A DNA stretch of 64,000 nucleotides from Callorhinchus milii (GCF_018977255.1 NW_024704742.1:123010001-123074000); one strand, 5' to 3'; shown: positions 28,011 to 42,254, counted from the stretch's first letter. Numbers and translations are program-made. Notes: generated by a model from the sequence alone, not told the origin.

Positions 28011-31000
28011 GTTTTGAATTATGAATTACAAACATTACAAAAAAAATTAGAATGGTTTATTGGCAGGGGCAGTCCTAATGGTGCAGTGGACAGAACTCCA
28101 GTTATGGGCCAGGAGCTCACATTGGTTCAAATTCCAATCCAGGGTTCATAGCCAGGACCAGGCGTGGAGACTAAATTAGCCCTGATGTTTCCAAGCTTAA
28201 GGAAGGGAAATCCAGCTCAGTGCCCTGCCCTGGTCTATTCCTGCACCCTCTGCTAATTGTGTACATGTGTGGCAGCCAAATGATGAGAGGTCGGGCTCAG
28301 CTCTAGTTGAGTGGTCTGTAGACACTCACCATCGAGGCTTACATATGAACAATAGCTACCTGAGCGGGCAACCAGTGGAACCAAACCTAGGCATGAGTAG
28401 GCTAATGAGCAAGAGCAGAGGAATATGTCAATTGGAGGAAAAATAGAAAAATAACTGGACATAGTCAAATTTTAAAAATATTGAATTCAAATCAAGTTTG
28501 GTGGAAAATATCTTTGAAACGAATGAACCAGAAGAAGTCAATTGTGGTTACTGGGTATTCCTTAAGAGTGGAATTTCACAATGAGATAGGTACAGGCTCC
28601 AACATTTAAATTTTTGGGGGCTTGAGAGAAGGAGGAAAGTAACTAAGTTTACAATGTTTTAGAATTATAATTTGTGCTCACTCTGTTATATATGTTCTTC
28701 CAGTGGGGTACAAAGATCAGTTACCAATATCACATTATTCCCAATTTCTTCTTAGATCTGCAACTGTTTTTCTTTGCCAGATGCTGGATTACCATGAAGA
28801 ATATGATCTTTGTATCAATGGCAATCTCCCTTCAATCGCATACTGAGTGGGTTGTTCCCTCAAGCCTCCAAATCTCCTGATCCAAGTTTGCTGCGCTTAT
28901 GCTGTCTGTTCACAAGGGAACAGCTGATTAAATCAGAAATGCTAGAGAGCTAATCAAACTGTTCTGACCTCCAGTCAATCTATGTCCTAATGCTGCCAGA
29001 AGCCAATGTGCCAGGTCTGCATAGAGGTAGAATGGCCAAATAGCTCAGACCGCATGTTAAAGGAACGTATGGCAGCAGGGTCACCACTCAGCATGGTATC
29101 TGTTTTTATATACAGTCAAAATCATTAGTAATAACCCAAGGGTTAAAATGTGTTTCTCCTTTCAACTCCCACCACCCATATTGGAAGTGAAAAGTTCGAA
29201 GAAAGTGGGCTTCCATTTGCTGAGAACTGACTCCAAAGACTAATTATTCGGTAAATTGGAAAAACAGACTGAAGATTGTTCCCACAATGCAACCAGGTCA
29301 ATCTCAAGCGTATATGTGCATCTGACAGTACCTAAATGAACAAGCTGACATCCAGCACCACAAAGATTAAAATAGTTACATTTCAGTCCACTGTAGTGTA
29401 CGATAGCCAAAGTAACTTGAAATATTGTGAAGCAATCATAACCACTTTAAAACACAACCACAGCAACAGAAAATATGGGAAAATATTTTTTGCTCCTTTG
29501 TACATACCTACTAAAGTACACACTTATTGTGGTGCCATTCACCAATTATGAAAACAGAACGTCTAATAGATTTGGTAAATATACAGAACAAACTGTTTTG
29601 AAACCTTCCTAAATCTCCCAATTCTCCCCCCTTCTTCCCAAAATCTTGCACAAAACCAGGAGAACAGTTAACTTGCTTTCAAGACTCATCTAATATTGCT
29701 GCATGAACTGAACATTAAGGATTAGTGGAGGTAAACAATGCTTCAGTGTCATACATTTGTGTTTCAATACATTGCCAGAGTGACTGCAGCACCTAATGAT
29801 TAAAAGACCTTTTTAGTAAGTCTTTAAAAAAAACAAATCTTTTTCTCAAACTGGAATGATCTTAAACAGGTTAAACGTTAAATTTACCGTAAACACCAGC
29901 GGAGGAACAATTGTACTCATCATAACTATGTACAGTACATCTGTTCTCAAATTATCAGGTCAAGGCAACAAAGAACAGCTTAATTTTTACAAGACGTCTG
30001 AAGCACAAAACACCCACTCAAACTGGCAACAAGACCGGATTGCATACCAGCAATAAGGTTTCACAAGTAGAGTCGCCAAGTTTCAAACTAACAGCAGATT
30101 GCTATTTAAGTAAGCAAACAAAGAGGAACACCCATCATTCCAAGCATTGTTTATGATTATAAATTCAGAATTAAAGATTTCAGCAACTCAATTACTGCCA
30201 GCTTGTAAAACATGAACATTGTTCCCCTGGACACAAAACTAGTTTGACTCTTCCAAGATCACAGCCGCCAACATCAGGGAAAGATGAGATTTATGATCAA
30301 CAAGGGACTGAAAGTCCATTTAAGCATATGGAAATGTGGTTTTGAGAATAATACATCAAAATATTACATTCATCAAACAAATTGAGTAAAATTGCTCCAG
30401 TTGAACAATTTTGTCTTTGTGTTAGGAAGTGTAACATTATGCAATTGGTGCAACAAAATGCCACTATGGCATTAACTTAACATTATGAATCTGTGGCTTG
30501 ACCAGAAACATCAATCAAATGACTCCCAGCAATTTATACGCAGCACTATGATTATGGGGAGAAAAACACAAATTGTTGAGAAAGGCTCTCTGTAAAGTGC
30601 AATGTTAATCCATTCGTACCAGAACAGCTCTAGATAACCTTATTCTCCAGTTTCAGTACAGCCATCATCCCCAACATTTTTTGTCATAGTAATGTCACCC
30701 ACTTGAATAAACAGTCAGTACACTTTACAATTTTCTTTGAGACCTTGACATTAATAGGTGTTATTAAAAAAAAGCAAGGAAGATTAGCATTACAGGGGAA
30801 CCCTATTAGAGTCGCCCCCCCCCCACCCCCTATCGCCTTGGTGTACCATTGCTCTGTGCTAACCGGTATTGACTAGCCAGATTCCTGCACTAAAACATAG
30901 CTGCCTTCTTGATTTTTATGTTGTCTTTGAAGTCATTTCCTGCGCATTGCTTGCATGCACAAGCAGCATGATGGCTGCTTTATATGCATTGAACCAGGAA

Positions 31001-34000
31001 GTGACATCGGAAGAGCTTCCTGTGCATAGTACACAGGAAGTGGAATCAGAGCCAACCTGAACACCTACCTGGAAGTCAATATTTTCCTGCACTCCATGTA
31101 TAACACAGCCTCTGAGTTACTGGATTCATAGGGCTATGTTGTAGTAAGTTTTGCTGCATTATTATTTGTAGTAGCAATAATTGTATGTCAGCCTGACTCA
31201 GTTGGGAGCATTCTCATCTCTGAGTCAGAAGGATGTGGGTTCAAACCCCACATCAGGTCTTGAACTCATTGTTGGAGGTGACATTCCTCAGATGAAATGT
31301 AAAAACAAGAATTATATCTCACCTCAACACTCTGTTCCAGTTAAAACAGGCTCAGTTCCTCTGGTTTCTGCTCTTAGTTCAAACCACTCAACCTGGTATC
31401 ATTCAAGTAAGTCTTCCCTGTACACTTATCTTTGGAACTGACATCTTTCCTAAAGTGCAGTCTAACTAACAATTTTAAACAAGCATCGCCTCATTCGTTT
31501 TATATTCTATACTCCCATTCTATTGGTGAGCCTTTGATAGGATCTGGCACTGAGCACTTCTAAAGTGCACCTTATTGTCTACCAAAGCAGTTATTTGGTT
31601 TCCTTGCCAAATCACTCCTATCTGCACTGTTGTTGATGGCTCATTCTTTGATTCTTTTTTCATCAGCTTGTTTTCCCAAGGGCCTGTTTTGCCCATGGAG
31701 GAGATCAAGGTTTGATGATTCAGTGAATGCGCTGTGGGAAGAGAAGGGTTATGTGTACCGAGGGTGTAAGATCTGAAGGAACATGAACATCGGGAAAATG
31801 AATCATCAGCAAAAGGAGGGATAAGATTGGAGACTGGGTGGAGGAGGTCACTGATGTGGAGAAGGAACAAAGTATCAAAGGATCAACCAACAGAAAAGCA
31901 CAATTATTCATCACAACAGGTTTCAAACAAACCATATACTGTACATATCTGGGTTTACTGCAAGTAATGGAGAAAGCAGCTGTTCAAACCACACAAGATA
32001 CCATCATTAGAAACTACTGAAACACAATTTTAACTTTCTATTATTGTTATCTGCTGAGTAATTTGAGGTAATAGTGAACCATATCAACAAGCATAACATC
32101 CAGCGCTCACAACCCAAGGACGATTTCCAGTAAAAACAACAACAAAATTATATTTGTATAAAACTCTGCTGTGGAAAAATACTGATTGGATTGATATTCA
32201 TAACAAATGTTATTCTCAGACGATGATAAGACATGACATTTCACAATGTACGTATCCATTCTAAAAGGCTGCTTATTTTTATTTGTAGGAAAGCCAAAAG
32301 GCAAACAGTTCACATGGTGCCTGCACTTTCCAGGCCACAGGCTAGAAAACATGTTTCAGAAGCAGTCATGTGTCAGAAACATTTTGAAGAACAGCGGTTT
32401 AGGTCAGTTTTGATGTAGCATTACATCTATATACCTGCCAAAATTACTTGTCCAAGTCTTGCTTTTTAAACTGCCAGACAACAACACATAAATACATTTG
32501 CATACAAAATCAAATGTACCTCTTTGACTGCACTTTCGGTCATCTCCCCGCGCCCCCCTCACCCGGGTCCCACCCTCAGTTCAGTGCCCATCCAGCACTA
32601 TAAACGCGTTTTGGGACGTCCTCCCAACAGGAAAGGTGGTATAAATGTAACTTGTACCGTAAATTAAAATCTGAAGAATTGAGAATGAAGCTGGTCTGTA
32701 CAGTATGCAGTCACCAACTTTGCTTCATGTCAATGTTCTGCTCTGCTAAAAGCAGAATGAGATCACTGATGTAATCAGCTTAACATTTTATATTGAGTGT
32801 GTCCACAAATCTAGGAAACATCACATGAATAATCTCACCTACGTGTGATACACGTTTCTGATAATCTAATTGTCTATATATAACCAGACTAGCTAGAGAT
32901 ATTTCATGTTAGAAAAGTAAGTTTAGACAATACAGTTGAACAAAATGTTGCTGTGTTCATCGGGAAATGTAAACACCGCATAATAACATACAGTATGGAC
33001 CAGCTGTGACAAGCTTCATGTGGAATTTTATATTGGGATTAAAAGTTTACATGCTATGAGTATTTTTATAATATTAGGATAGCAATTGCTGGGTAATGCT
33101 CCTAAACTATTAAGATTTGTGAACCAGCAGTAACTCAGTTGTGAAAACAAGCTACTGAGATCAGTTCTGTCCACCTCCACCACCCCCTCCAGTTGTAAGA
33201 AACAAAATGCACTAATGGATTGCAACACTGCAAAGTCCTTGTTTGTTTCAACGAACAAAAATGCTGTATCTATAGGACTATCCATTGTAGTGCGAAAATG
33301 GATTTTACTTGACTACCCCTCGGTGGCAACAATAGAGGTTGTCGGTTTATCCAGTAATATATCTTATAAAAGTCCAGCAATTTCATAACTTTGGGAGAGT
33401 TTTAAGCCTTTTGCAAATACTGCCTTCAGCATTTTAGCTGCTTGTGCAACCTTGTTAAAGAGACATGACTTCTGGCAGACTTGTGCTACCATTAAAATTT
33501 CACACACAAACAATCCAGGCATCCGTGGCCTCTATATAATGATGAATTCTATGTCTGTACAAAAGGCTATATATGATTCACTTAAGAGCCATCAGCCACT
33601 GATGTGGAAGTAGGCATCAATTTTGAGTCGGCGATGACTACAGACATTAGGCCAGAATTATTTGGCACACGCTTGCCATACAGTTTGAAATTTACAAAAG
33701 CTCGCCTATTAAGGCTTTAAAATATACCATAGTATAACGCAAAATTCAGATGGTATTGGATTTAAAGCTAATTATTCATGCATAGTTGAGGAAATCTTAA
33801 ACACATAATTATGAGAACAAGCTATGTTCAATTCACAAGCTACAAGATCAAAACTTACTACAGGTTATTGTACACATTGGAGCACGTTTAGCAGATAGTG
33901 GAACCTTGATCATCCATGCTATGGATCAGTCAGCTTTCTGGTTCTCGGTTTTTAACCTCCCGCAACTCAGCTTCCATTACTCCAACTCAGTTCCCCATTT

Positions 34001-34949
34001 GTATTCTACCTTCCCACAACACAACCCTCCCAGCTATACCTCCTCCCCATCCTAACTTCATCCCTGCTAAAGCTCCTCCCCATCTCAGTGCTTCCCGATC
34101 TTCTCATTTCCATTCTGTTCTCCCCAACTCATTTTCTGCTCCCACTCTGCCTACCCATCTTCCTATTCCTCCCAACTTAGCTCCCAATCACTATGCCTCC
34201 ATCAAGCTACACATATTAAAACAGAAATGCATCAATCTGCAACATATTTATATTGAAAGGATTAGAAACCAGGAAGGTGGTGATGTTGTAAATTGATGCA
34301 TTCTATTTAAATGTGTGTGGCTTTCATTTTCTGTGAGCCATATTTCACTACATTTGAGTTTGAATGCAAGTTGCAGCGCTCCCTTCATATTCACTAATTT
34401 AAAATGTTGTGTACCAAAATTCATAGCAATGCAGTGCAACCTTGATTGTCTGCCAATTTCAATTATCCACCAGGGAAGTGAAAGGAAGATTCATCGCTTT
34501 CAGATCAAACAGCATTTACTTAACCCCAATGATAGAACACAGTAAATTTGGAATGCTGATTTCAAATACATCTGTCCAAGGTCTGCAATGGGTGACTTCC
34601 GCCCCTCCCCTCCCCAATTGGCCCTTGGTGTTTTTCCTTTGATGCTTCCATTTGATGCACTGTAAGCATTTTAATATTCTACTTTCAGCAGATTTCTCCA
34701 CCCCTTGGGAGCTGAAGTCAACTGTAGTATAGTGCCCCTATTTACTCAGACTGAGAATCGAACCTTGGACCTTCTAGCTTTGAACAAATTGGTTTCATTG
34801 CAGGTAGGGACAAATTGTAAAATGAATATTGGTGGTGGGTTCTGGGATGCTGCCATCACCAAATAGTGAGAGGCGCTATATAAATGCAAGTTATAACTGT
34901 TCCATTATACTAATGTTAAGAGCTATAATCCTATTAGTAATAAGACTAT

Positions 34950-35140
34950 TAACAATAATAATCCTTGCATTTGATATAGCACTTTTCTTGTCTTCTAAAC
35001 GTCTCAAAGCGCTTCACAGAATATGTTGTAAAGTGAATTGACCATATATTTGTGGGCGAAACGCGGCAGCCAATTGCGCACAGCAGTGTCCCACAAACAG
35101 TCGTGGATTGAAAATGACCAATTTAGTATTTGTTTTTTTT
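34950..35140 (-). mobile_element. 5'-truncated SINE (body + tail); one of many such fragments
   Basis: Matches the SINE 3' half. Others at about 1040-1200, 3580-3710, 4280-4395, 14315-14420, 17140-17220, 17730-17830, 25750-25895, 36085-36183, 38145-38222, 44447-44530, 45110-45221, 52600-52715, 56407-56513, 61700-61825. Confidence 0.88.
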
Positions 35141-38100
35141 TATTGAAGCTTCAGAAAGTAATCAACTATTTTAAAAAGCAGTGAATGTACAAAGTTTGGC
35201 CTAGAAGGCAATCCTGACCTTGAACCATATAGATAATAGCATACTAATTAACCCGTAATTAAAATTGATCTTGTAATGCCACGCTCCATCTGGACTAAAT
35301 TTAAAGAGGTCAGTAGGGCTACATATTTGATCTGTTCCATATGAACACCAAATTCACTCTGCTGCACATTTCATTTCACTTCGTATCTGCATTAGCAATT
35401 ACCATAAGAGTCCACCCCTTCTGCTCCCCCAACAGGATGGGTGCTTCTAAAAATATATAGTTAGGCTTCATGAAGAAAGTCGCTTGACAGATCCATATCT
35501 GCACTACTTCCTCTGACAGGAAATGCAGCTCCTTATTCAAAAACAAACTTTCTTTCTATCAGATATTACCAGTCGGGGTCTTCACCATAAGCAACATTAC
35601 AGATCATTTTCAAACAGCTGTCAACACTCTGCTTCATCGGTCTTTCACAAGTAATGACATTTACAAGGAACAGGACAAATTTCTGAACAAGACAGCCCAC
35701 AGTCTTTCACAGAACAAGAGCAAGCTGTCTATAAGCAATTTACACTGGAATTTTAAATACTTGAGGAGTTGCATATGGACCCTCAGTACTAAGTGATGAA
35801 AAGAAACCACACTGTACTATGCTTGAGTGTAGTTTGGAGTATTTTACTGAGAAAGAAAAAGAATTGGGGTGGGGGGGGTGAAAAGGGGAAAAAGAAACAT
35901 GAGAAGACAAAAAAGATCATACCACATAATATGGTTGAACTATTACTGCCAAACATTATACCAAATACAAGCAACACTTTTGCAAAAGCTTCCCACTGAC
36001 AGCCTTGAATTCACCAAGACGATAGCAAAACTGACACACATACACTGGGTAAATTGCATTAAATGCCTTGTTGTTCCGTCTACAAAATACTGTTGATTCA
36101 CTTTACAATATATTCTGTGAAGATCTTTGAGACGTCTTGAATCACGATAGGGTGCTATATCAAATGCAAGGATTATTATTATTGTTGTACAGTTTCCAAG
36201 TAAAAAAAACTGATTAGGGAAAAAAAGCACTGAGGAAATATAAATGTGCATTTTACGAACAGCCATTCTGATGGAATGGAGCCAAATAATGAGTTCCCAG
36301 CCTCCATAGCATAATCCCAAGTTAATTCTCTATATTGAAAGCCTTTCATGTACTGTACCATCAATCTGAAATATGACTTTTTTCCACCACTAGAATTTTT
36401 GTGCACAATGTGTATTAAATTGAAACTTTTTCCCCATTAAAATGTAGGTTAGGATTAGCAGTCCTTGGTAACCACTGCCTGATAAATGCAGCACAGATCA
36501 ATTAATTGGAAATGAAGCAGAAAAGAATTAGATAGCATTAGGGTGGCATTCCTTTCTGGGAAGCATTTCAATGACCCAAAACATTTTCAATTTTGATATT
36601 TACTTGCAAAACCTCCCCCTTCCTTTTGTTTTATTTTAAAATGGTGACTCTTCTACTTGCAAGCAATCGTTCAAAGTCTGAGATGACAAAACTATCCATT
36701 CGCACAACACTTTAAAAGTATGAACACGTTAAAAAGTATGAAAATTGGGACGAGGAAATCTCAGGTGGGGTGTGTTAAGACTGCCTCTCTATGTATTCTT
36801 TTAAACAAATGCAGGCTTACACTTACAGTATTCTACAAGGCATCATGCAAAGTTTTCACAATTTCAATATTATAGAATGGAATAACTGATTTTGTAATAT
36901 ACAGCTTCCCACAATACATTAGACCAAATTACTGGCCCTGTGCTCATTTTTTCAGATTTTTTTATCCTCGTGACTATATACTTTTCTCAGATTTTTGATA
37001 TATAAACATAATTTAAAATCTCCATCTATTCAATATAATCTTCCTAGTTGCTTCACAATTCCTTTTCCAGAGGGTTTTATCCGTGCTAATATTTTGGCTT
37101 AATTTCCACTTAGTACTGTATAATTTAGACTTAGTATTGTCTCTCTCTTGCCTTGGTTTTTATTCACCTTTTTCACCTCCTGTTTATCAGTCTGATTGAC
37201 ATGGTTCTTCCTTACGTTCAATCCCCGATTAAACACCAAACTAAATAGCAGGATTGTTCTACCTATTTACATGGGATTGCATGTAGCGCAAAGTTCTTCA
37301 CATTGACTGTGGGTATCTCAAACAACTAACAAGGCATTCTAATTGTTAAAGAGCCAGAACATGTTGGATAATGCCAAAGTATGGCAACAAGCTACTGAAA
37401 TATTTGAAAATGTTTCCAATTAAATAGTCATGTCATATGACGCAACGAAGACTTAAAACCTATGAGTTTAAGTAATACATCCACAGAATATATGAATTAA
37501 GAAAAATCTATTGAGCAGGGCTAAACACAATTGCCAATACGTTTTATTATGTCCCGTTAGTCCCTGAAACAATCAATTCCAAACCTACAAGACTACATTT
37601 CTAGCTAGTTTCAATACATTTTACAAGTCAATTAGCATTAAAGGTCTTAAATTGCATTGCTTCAATGATGTATAATACATTTTTCCCAGATCACTTACTG
37701 ACAAAATGTGTTAGTCTACCACAATAAAACCGTGCAAATTACTACGGTAATGCTAAACCATGAGGCATGTTCTAAAAAATTTGAAAACCATTCATATGCC
37801 TGAAGCTTGCCAGACAATACTCTCAATTGCAACATCGCTGGTTAAACTCCTGGAGTAGTTCAATGCACACTCTAGGGTCCTCAAGCATTACCAACCTGCC
37901 CTTAATACTCTCTGGAATTAGGTAAGCAGGACACATCCCTTTAGGGATAAAGTGCGCATTCCATTCCAGACGCAGAGAAATTCCACATGAGGAACTCTCA
38001 GTTCGCTTTAGATACTCTTAAGTATGGCGCTGGGTTTTGACGTGACTGATCAAAAAATATTCCAAACAGGCATTGGCACTGAAACACAATCAATGAACCA

Positions 38101-38306
38101 ACCAACCAATCAAATTTATGCCACTCCTGATCATCTGTAAATAGATAATAATAATACTTGCATTCGGTATAGCGCCTTTCACATTGGGAGGACTTCCCAA
38201 TGCGCTCACAGAATTTACTGTGTAAAATAAAAACTGTCTAACTTGAAAATTGCTAGAGCTTTACGTTCACATCATTGGTGTGCTTGAACAGGAAAATCCA
38301 CGCATC

Positions 38307-38346
<40 letters not shown>
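38307..38346 (+). repeat. (CT)n(CA)n microsatellite
   Basis: Direct reading. Confidence 0.95.
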
Positions 38347-38347
<1 letters not shown>

Positions 38348-39934
38348 TATACAACCCACCAAACCAAATTAGGGTCAAGTAAAGTTTTGCAGAGTTTTAT
38401 TGCACAACCGCCTTGCTATAACTGCCTTGTTTGCCCTGCAAACAAAGTTGTTGTAGGTTAAAAGACAACAGCAAATGTTCAAAATCGGCCTCGAACTACT
38501 TTTTTATGGAATGAAAGGAGTTCTAATGGCAAATTTTGATTAAAATAACTAATGCCTCATCCATTTACTTTGCTGCTTTTGCAATTTGGCTGCAAATTTG
38601 CAGACAGGGCAAGAAACACACATATGGCTTCCTGCAGGGCAAACTGACCCATGTTTTCAATCTGATCACACCACCTTATCTCCACCCAGGAATCACGTTA
38701 CCGGCAAACATGACTTCTGCATTATAGTGCACACAACTACAGGCACACAACTACAGGCACACTGGGCCAACGACTGAAAACAGTCTGTGAAACTTCAGCC
38801 CGAGAAACAAGATTTGGTTTTCAATGCAGCATTCTTTACTCCATTTTTTTTTAAATCTAACCCATTTTAAACAAAATCAAAGTAACACTGCCACTGTGTA
38901 ACATGCAAAAGAAACTGCAGAACACATTTCAGCAGAGCAAGTGAAGTCAAATCTTGGTTATTAACTCAACTCATTCCAAATAGTGAGACATCAGATAAAC
39001 AACATTATAAAAAAGCCGTGTAAATAAAATGGATATTGCTTTTGCCATATAGACAGCAGAGCTAAGAAGAGCAGCTTGCAATTATTGTGTGGTTTATGTC
39101 TCAGCTCTTTGTAGTATAAATTAATAAACAGCTGTCATTGAAGGCACAATAGATGTCATATGAGCCCAACTGCATAATCATTGAGTGGGCTGTTATTCAA
39201 AGTAAGGTAAACAATCTGCAGTGGTGCAGATTTTCCAAAATATATTCCAAATTTAGTGGAATACTTTAAACTACAGGAGCACTAATTAGTAACCTATAGT
39301 AATGCCGTTCTTGCATTTGCTAAAACAGTCATGTTAAAATATCTCAAAGTGCTGCACACAATGAGATTTGTTCAAGAGTAGTGACTTATTATACAGGAAA
39401 ACATGGCAGATAATGACACTACAATTGGCCTCAGTGAACCAGTTTTTTAAAAAAAATCAGGCAGGATTTTCTACTCCCAATTGCAAATGGAGATGCATGT
39501 GCAACCGTCAAATGAGGTTAGGATCAGGCTTTTGCTGTGATGCCTTCCCAAGTGCTGCAAAAAGACAGTCAACACAGTAAAGACTTGCACATGAATAATG
39601 GTCACTTAAACCATGATGTGCCCGGTGACCATGGAATTGCATTCCAGTAGAAAGGTTAGGTATAAAGAAGCCAAATGCCTTCAAGAGAGGAAAAAAAAGA
39701 GAAATTTGGCGAAAGAAAAACACACTTTCTTTTTTAATAAAAGAAACACAACTGCTGAAAGTTGACACGTTTGAGGACTACATTGTTTCAGATCCTTTAA
39801 GATCCTATTTCATACAATTCAATACTGATTAGAGAGTACACATTGGAAAAGTAATCAGTAAAATTAACCATTTCTCAGCCTACATAAAGCCTTAAGCCAC
39901 TAAAGAGTGATTTTAAAATAAAGATAAACTAATA

Positions 39935-40029
39935 CAGGGTGAGCAAAAAGTCATGATACCATCAGAATGTCTTAAAGAAATGATCATTATTATTAAGATA
40001 AATGGTATCCCGACTTTTTGGTCACCTTG
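39935..40029. mobile_element. Tc1/mariner-type MITE, 95 bp, TA target duplication
   Basis: TA-cagggtgagcaaaaagtcatgataccat ... atggtatcccgactttttggtcaccttg-TA; 28-bp inverted termini with 4 mismatches. Confidence 0.85.
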
Positions 40030-40608
40030 TATAAGGGTTTCCATTACACGACTGGAAGTAAGCTTGTTGTTGTTAAATCATGCAGCAAATAGATAAAACT
40101 AAAGTTCTACCCAGTGCAGTTTGTGCTACACTTTCAGGGTTCACAATCAATGAACAAAAAAAGCAAAACAGAAGATGATTCATATTACAAAATATGGGTT
40201 CCAGGAAAGAGTAACATGATCCAAGAAAAAAAATTAGATACTGAAGGTTCCACATCCATATATGGTGTGAAATAATTTGCACTTTTTTGACTGAAACAGT
40301 TCAGTTCTTCAACTTTCATGCTGATATTTTATTAAGATTCTGTTCCTGCAATTCTCCAGTTAAATCTTGGTTTTCCCTTGTTGCTACTACACATGCAAAC
40401 AGCACTGGACTAGGCAAAGTATACTTTTTTAAAAAAAGTAGCAGACACACTATTTTTAATGAGTTGGATGCTGGGATAGTATTAAAAAACCTTGTAGGAG
40501 ACTAGATAAAATTTTTGAAAGCAACATATCCTCCAGATTTCTGCGACAAATTGTTTCAGTAATGAATTTGGTCATTATTGTTACTAGACTTGCACTATCT
40601 TTCTATAT

Positions 40609-40925
40609 GGAGTCCTGTAGCTCAGTGGTTAGAGCACTCGCTTTGTAAGTGAGAGACCTGAGTTCAATTCCAGGCAGCGCGAAACCTTGGGCAAGTTTCC
40701 TTACTCCACACAGAGCCTAATAATAATCCCTCCAAAACCAAAAACAATAATAAATTGGTCATTTTCAATCTACGACTGTTTGTGGGACATTGCTGTGCGC
40801 AATTGGCTGCTGCGTTTGCCCACAAATATACAGTCAATTCACTTTACAGTGTGCTCTGTGAAGCGCTTTGGGACGTCCTCCCGACGTGAAAAGCGCTATA
40901 TCAAATGCGATTATTATTATATTAT
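40609..40925 (+). mobile_element. tRNA-derived SINE, young short subfamily, full length
   Basis: Nearly identical to the reverse complement of the two copies above. Confidence 0.95.
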
Positions 40926-41414
40926 ATTGGCTGCCAGAAACAATCTTTCCAAATGTAATCTATAAAAGTTAACATGCATACTTTGATGATATTTCATGCT
41001 ATGAGTTTAAAGATGACAGTTTTATTGATTCTTACAAAAAGGATGATTTGAATTTCAAATTTTCCACCACAAATTGAGCTTGAAGCAATTTACCAATTAA
41101 AAGGAAATTAGATGATTGAAGATAATTACAGGGTATGAGGAGCAAGCAGGTGATTAATAATTAACCTTGCATTTGATACATTTAAAAAATGTTTCTGTGT
41201 ACTTACACACACTCACTTTATAGCTTCTTCAGTTAACCTAAGAATTTCTTTTAATTGCCTTGACCACACTAGGATTTCTACACTAAATGTTTAGTACACA
41301 TCCAGAGACCAGACACTTTGAAAGAACAAGATGACACATTATGCAATGAAATATCAGCAGACTGCAGGTTGTTTCCTCTGATACCAACAACTTGAAGTGA
41401 TTGTCACATTTGCC

Positions 41415-42190
41415 AACTCAGCTCAGTTGCTGGTACTCTCACCTCAAGGTCAGAGGTTGTGGGTTCTAAAAACAGCCCAGGACTTCGACCCTACAATCTC
41501 GAATGGCACTCTATTCCAGTATTGAGGGAATGCTACATTGGTGGAGCAGGCCATTCTTTTCACAAGTTGTCAAACCAAGAACCTGTCTGTTTGTACTGGT
41601 GAAAGTTAGAAGTGGAATCCTGGAGCTCAGTGGTTAGAGCGCTCGCCTTGCAAGTGAGAAACCTGGGTTTGATTCCTGGCAGGGCAAGTCTCCTTACTCC
41701 ACGCGCCTTTTTACCTAGCAGTAAGTAGGAACCCAGTTGTTAGTCAATTGGCGGATCACTTTTCCAGGGGTAATAATTCCTTCAATAAAAATAATAAATT
41801 GATCATTCAATCCACGACTGTTTGTAGGACACTGCTCTGCACAATTGGCTGCCGCGTTTCACCCACAAAGTAATAGTCAATTCACTTTTCAGTATATTCT
41901 GTGAAGCGCTTTGAGACGATTCAAATACATGATTAGGTGTTATATCAAATGCAAGGATTATTATTATTATTATGATGATGATTGAAAATCCTAAGGCATT
42001 CTCTCAAAGATCAGGGCTGATCAATCTTCCTCCTGCATCCAATTTCACAAAAACAAATTAAATTTGGTCATCGGTGGGACATCACTGCCAAAGATTAGCT
42101 AACACATTTTCCTTTGTAACATTCACTACACTCAAGAATAACTCAAGTATGAAGTACTTTGAGATCTGTTCATGTGACAAAGCACCAATA
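41415..42190 (+). mobile_element. Old SacSINE1-like SINE split by the younger SINE at 41614-41972
   Basis: tRNA-like head and cagtattgagggaatgctacattg on the left; body and tail resume after 41975. Related heads at about 31190-31303(+) and 53740-53842(-). Confidence 0.65.
41614..41972 (+). mobile_element. tRNA-derived SINE, long form
   Basis: Same head and tail plus internal segment ttacctagcagtaagtaggaacccagttgttagtcaattggcggatc. Confidence 0.92.
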
Positions 42191-42254
42191 ATCAAACCTA
42201 AAACCAAGGTCTCACCTGCTTCTTCAGGTGGATATTAAAATGCTCGATTGGCAC

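Noticed and set aside
33950..34205. Pro/Ser-rich 126-aa ORF
   Set aside because: Pyrimidine-rich low-complexity DNA with degenerate CCCAACTCAG units.
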